A DNA stretch of 60,405 nucleotides, counting the filler, from Candidatus Fermentibacterota bacterium (GTDB lineage: Bacteria > JAFGKV01), in NCBI GenBank assembly GCA_016928395.1. It is 5 parts of 5 records of this genome, joined end to end, with 100 filler letters (N's around TTAATTAATTAA, not from the genome) between each part and the next. Parts side by side here need not be neighbours in the genome. Positions count along the whole stretch, not along the records: positions 57,877 to 60,405 come from JAFGKV010000265.1; 4 more parts are not named here. One strand, written 5' to 3'. Of this stretch, positions 59,110 through 60,405 are shown one piece after another. Position 1 is the stretch's first letter. Each line of letters begins with the position of its first letter. The notes under the pieces are model-generated. The model worked only from the letters and a program-made list of their open reading frames with translations, was not told the DNA's origin and did not search any database. Both the position numbers and the translations under genes were made by a program.

Positions 59110-59430
59110 GGGGCCGACGGTATCGTGCACACCGCCCACGGGAGGGGCCCCTGTCAGCCAGCTCGATCTATCCGACTGCCCCCCGTTGCGCGTCTCCCTC
59201 ACCACGAATGCGGGATCACGGCGTCGAAGCCGCGTGCCCACCATCACTACGCACAGATCCCAGCCGACGAGCGGGTGCATGTGCCTGGCGTACCGGCTCT
59301 GTCACAAACACCGTCATTGAGGAACATATGGGTGAGCGCGGAGAACGCCTCTCATCCCAGGGCCGACCACACTGCGTCACCCGCGAACGTAGCCTGCATC
59401 CTCCTCGCGCGGCGAGGAAGGAGGAACCCT

Positions 59431-60000
59431 ATGCGAAGATGGATCCTGGCGGTCACCGCGCTTTGTGCGCTGTCTGCCGTGGCCTCAGCCCAGACCTACT
59501 TCCTGCGGGAGTCAACCTTCGGCACGGCGGGCGGGGCCATGACCGGCTCGAGCTACGCCGTGGCCGGGACCCTTGGGCAAGCGTCGCCGGTGGGGACCTC
59601 GGCAGGCGCCACGTATCAGACCTCCCACGGGTTCTGGCACGCGGCAGGTTGGGCGCCGTTGGAGGCGATGGTGCTTGCCATCACGCTCGTAAGTTCGACG
59701 ACAGCGCGGTTGAGTTGGGACCCGGTGGCCCTGGCGACCGCGTATGACCTATACCGGAGCACCAGCGCATTCTTCACGGCGAGCGGGAGCCCGTGGCAGA
59801 CGGTGAGCGCCCCGACAACAGTGCATGACTTCACCGATGGAATCGGCGACCCGTCGGTGACATACTTCTTCAAGGGCACGGCGCGCAATGCCCAGCAGAC
59901 GTCCGCGGAGTCGAACACGGTCGGCGAGTTCGAGCGGAGCACGGCAGGGGTTGCGAGGGGGAAGGGGGTAGTGTTTCCCGGAATCACAACGGAACGATGA
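59431..60000 (+). CDS. Secreted protein (Gly-rich GGAMTGSSY...GTLGQ...GFW domain plus FN3-like domain)
   Basis: AGGAGG RBS; signal peptide ending ASA-Q; LSWDPV..AT.YDLYRS. Confidence 0.75.
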   Translation: MRRWILAVTALCALSAVASAQTYFLRESTFGTAGGAMTGSSYAVAGTLGQASPVGTSAGATYQTSHGFWHAAGWAPLEAMVLAITLVSSTTARLSWDPVALATAYDLYRSTSAFFTASGSPWQTVSAPTTVHDFTDGIGDPSVTYFFKGTARNAQQTSAESNTVGEFERSTAGVARGKGVVFPGITTER

Positions 60001-60153
60001 GCGTTGCGGATGACACCGGAGGTTTGATGCGCACGATCACGACTGAAGTCGTTCCCACAGCGCTGACAACTGAGAGGCAAGAGCGTCGAGTGAGACGCGG
60101 CTGACTGTGAGCCGTGAACCGTAGACTGTGAACTCTCACCAAGGAGGAGGCCC

Positions 60154-60405
60154 ATGAGGTCGATGATAGTGGTTGTGCTGGTGGTACTGGCCAGCGTCGC
60201 GCAGTCGGAGATTCCGACTGTGATGAGCTACCAGGGAAAGGTGACGGATGCATCGGGGAATCCGATCGCGGATGACACCTACACCATGCGATTCCGAATC
60301 TACGATGTGTTAAGTGCGGGCACGCAACTGTGGGACAGCGGTGACTGCTCGGTCGCCGTCGCCGGTGGCGTGTTCAGCGTGCTGCTGGGGGAGAGCCCGC
60401 AGCCC
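60154..60405 (+). CDS. Secreted fibre-like protein N-terminus (3' partial)
   Basis: AGGAGG RBS; MRSMIVVVLVVLASVAQSEIPTVMSYQGKVTDASGNP...FRIYD...GTQLW...GVFSVLLG. Confidence 0.75.
   Translation, partial: MRSMIVVVLVVLASVAQSEIPTVMSYQGKVTDASGNPIADDTYTMRFRIYDVLSAGTQLWDSGDCSVAVAGGVFSVLLGESPQP

Noticed and set aside
58960-59430. N-terminal 157 aa of ORF 58960-60000
   Set aside because: It runs through repeat DNA; the RBS and signal peptide indicate a start at 59431.
1-60405. tRNA, rRNA or riboswitch genes
   Set aside because: None recognised by eye in the intergenic regions; tRNAscan-SE and Infernal/Rfam would be needed to exclude them.

Overview
This is a GC-rich bacterial window, probably from a metagenome bin. 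It consists of five separate contigs joined by artificial N44-TTAATTAATTAA-N44 linkers (7647-7746, 22066-22165, 52010-52109, 57777-57876), so adjacency across linkers is meaningless. Contig 1 carries a type I restriction subunit (hsdR), a GGAT tract and a NatB/NatA/NatB-CAAX ABC transporter. Contig 2 begins with a run of co-oriented, partly AT-richer genes (methyltransferase, DsrE, CAAX protease, a Gly/Lys-rich mini-protein, gpmA, a secreted hypothetical) separated by intact-to-decayed attC-like sites, which reads as an integrase-less integron cassette array. It continues with glycosyltransferases, an ankyrin protein, a small-ORF/dinB pair behind a TGTAC-N4-GTACA palindrome, rocD, a radical SAM/SPASM gene followed by an 80-aa RiPP-like precursor with its own promoter and terminator, and a metH 3' fragment. 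Contig 3 has an IS-like end and xerD, then a long plus-strand run: a pseudo-esterase, a DAG kinase, two large gingipain/PorU-like C25 proteins (the second lacking the catalytic His), and wzm/wzt glycan export with coiled-coil, methyltransferase and glycosyltransferase genes. It ends with an aldehyde:ferredoxin oxidoreductase pair and a secreted protein. Contig 4 holds an RmlC-like cupin, an FG-GAP lipoprotein, a flippase and a phosphodiesterase. Contig 5 encodes secreted GVYG-repeat fibre-like proteins. The top leads are the rSAM-RiPP pair, the decayed cassette array carrying gpmA, and the active/inactive C25 pair coupled to glycan export. All calls come from reading motifs by eye; no database searches were run.
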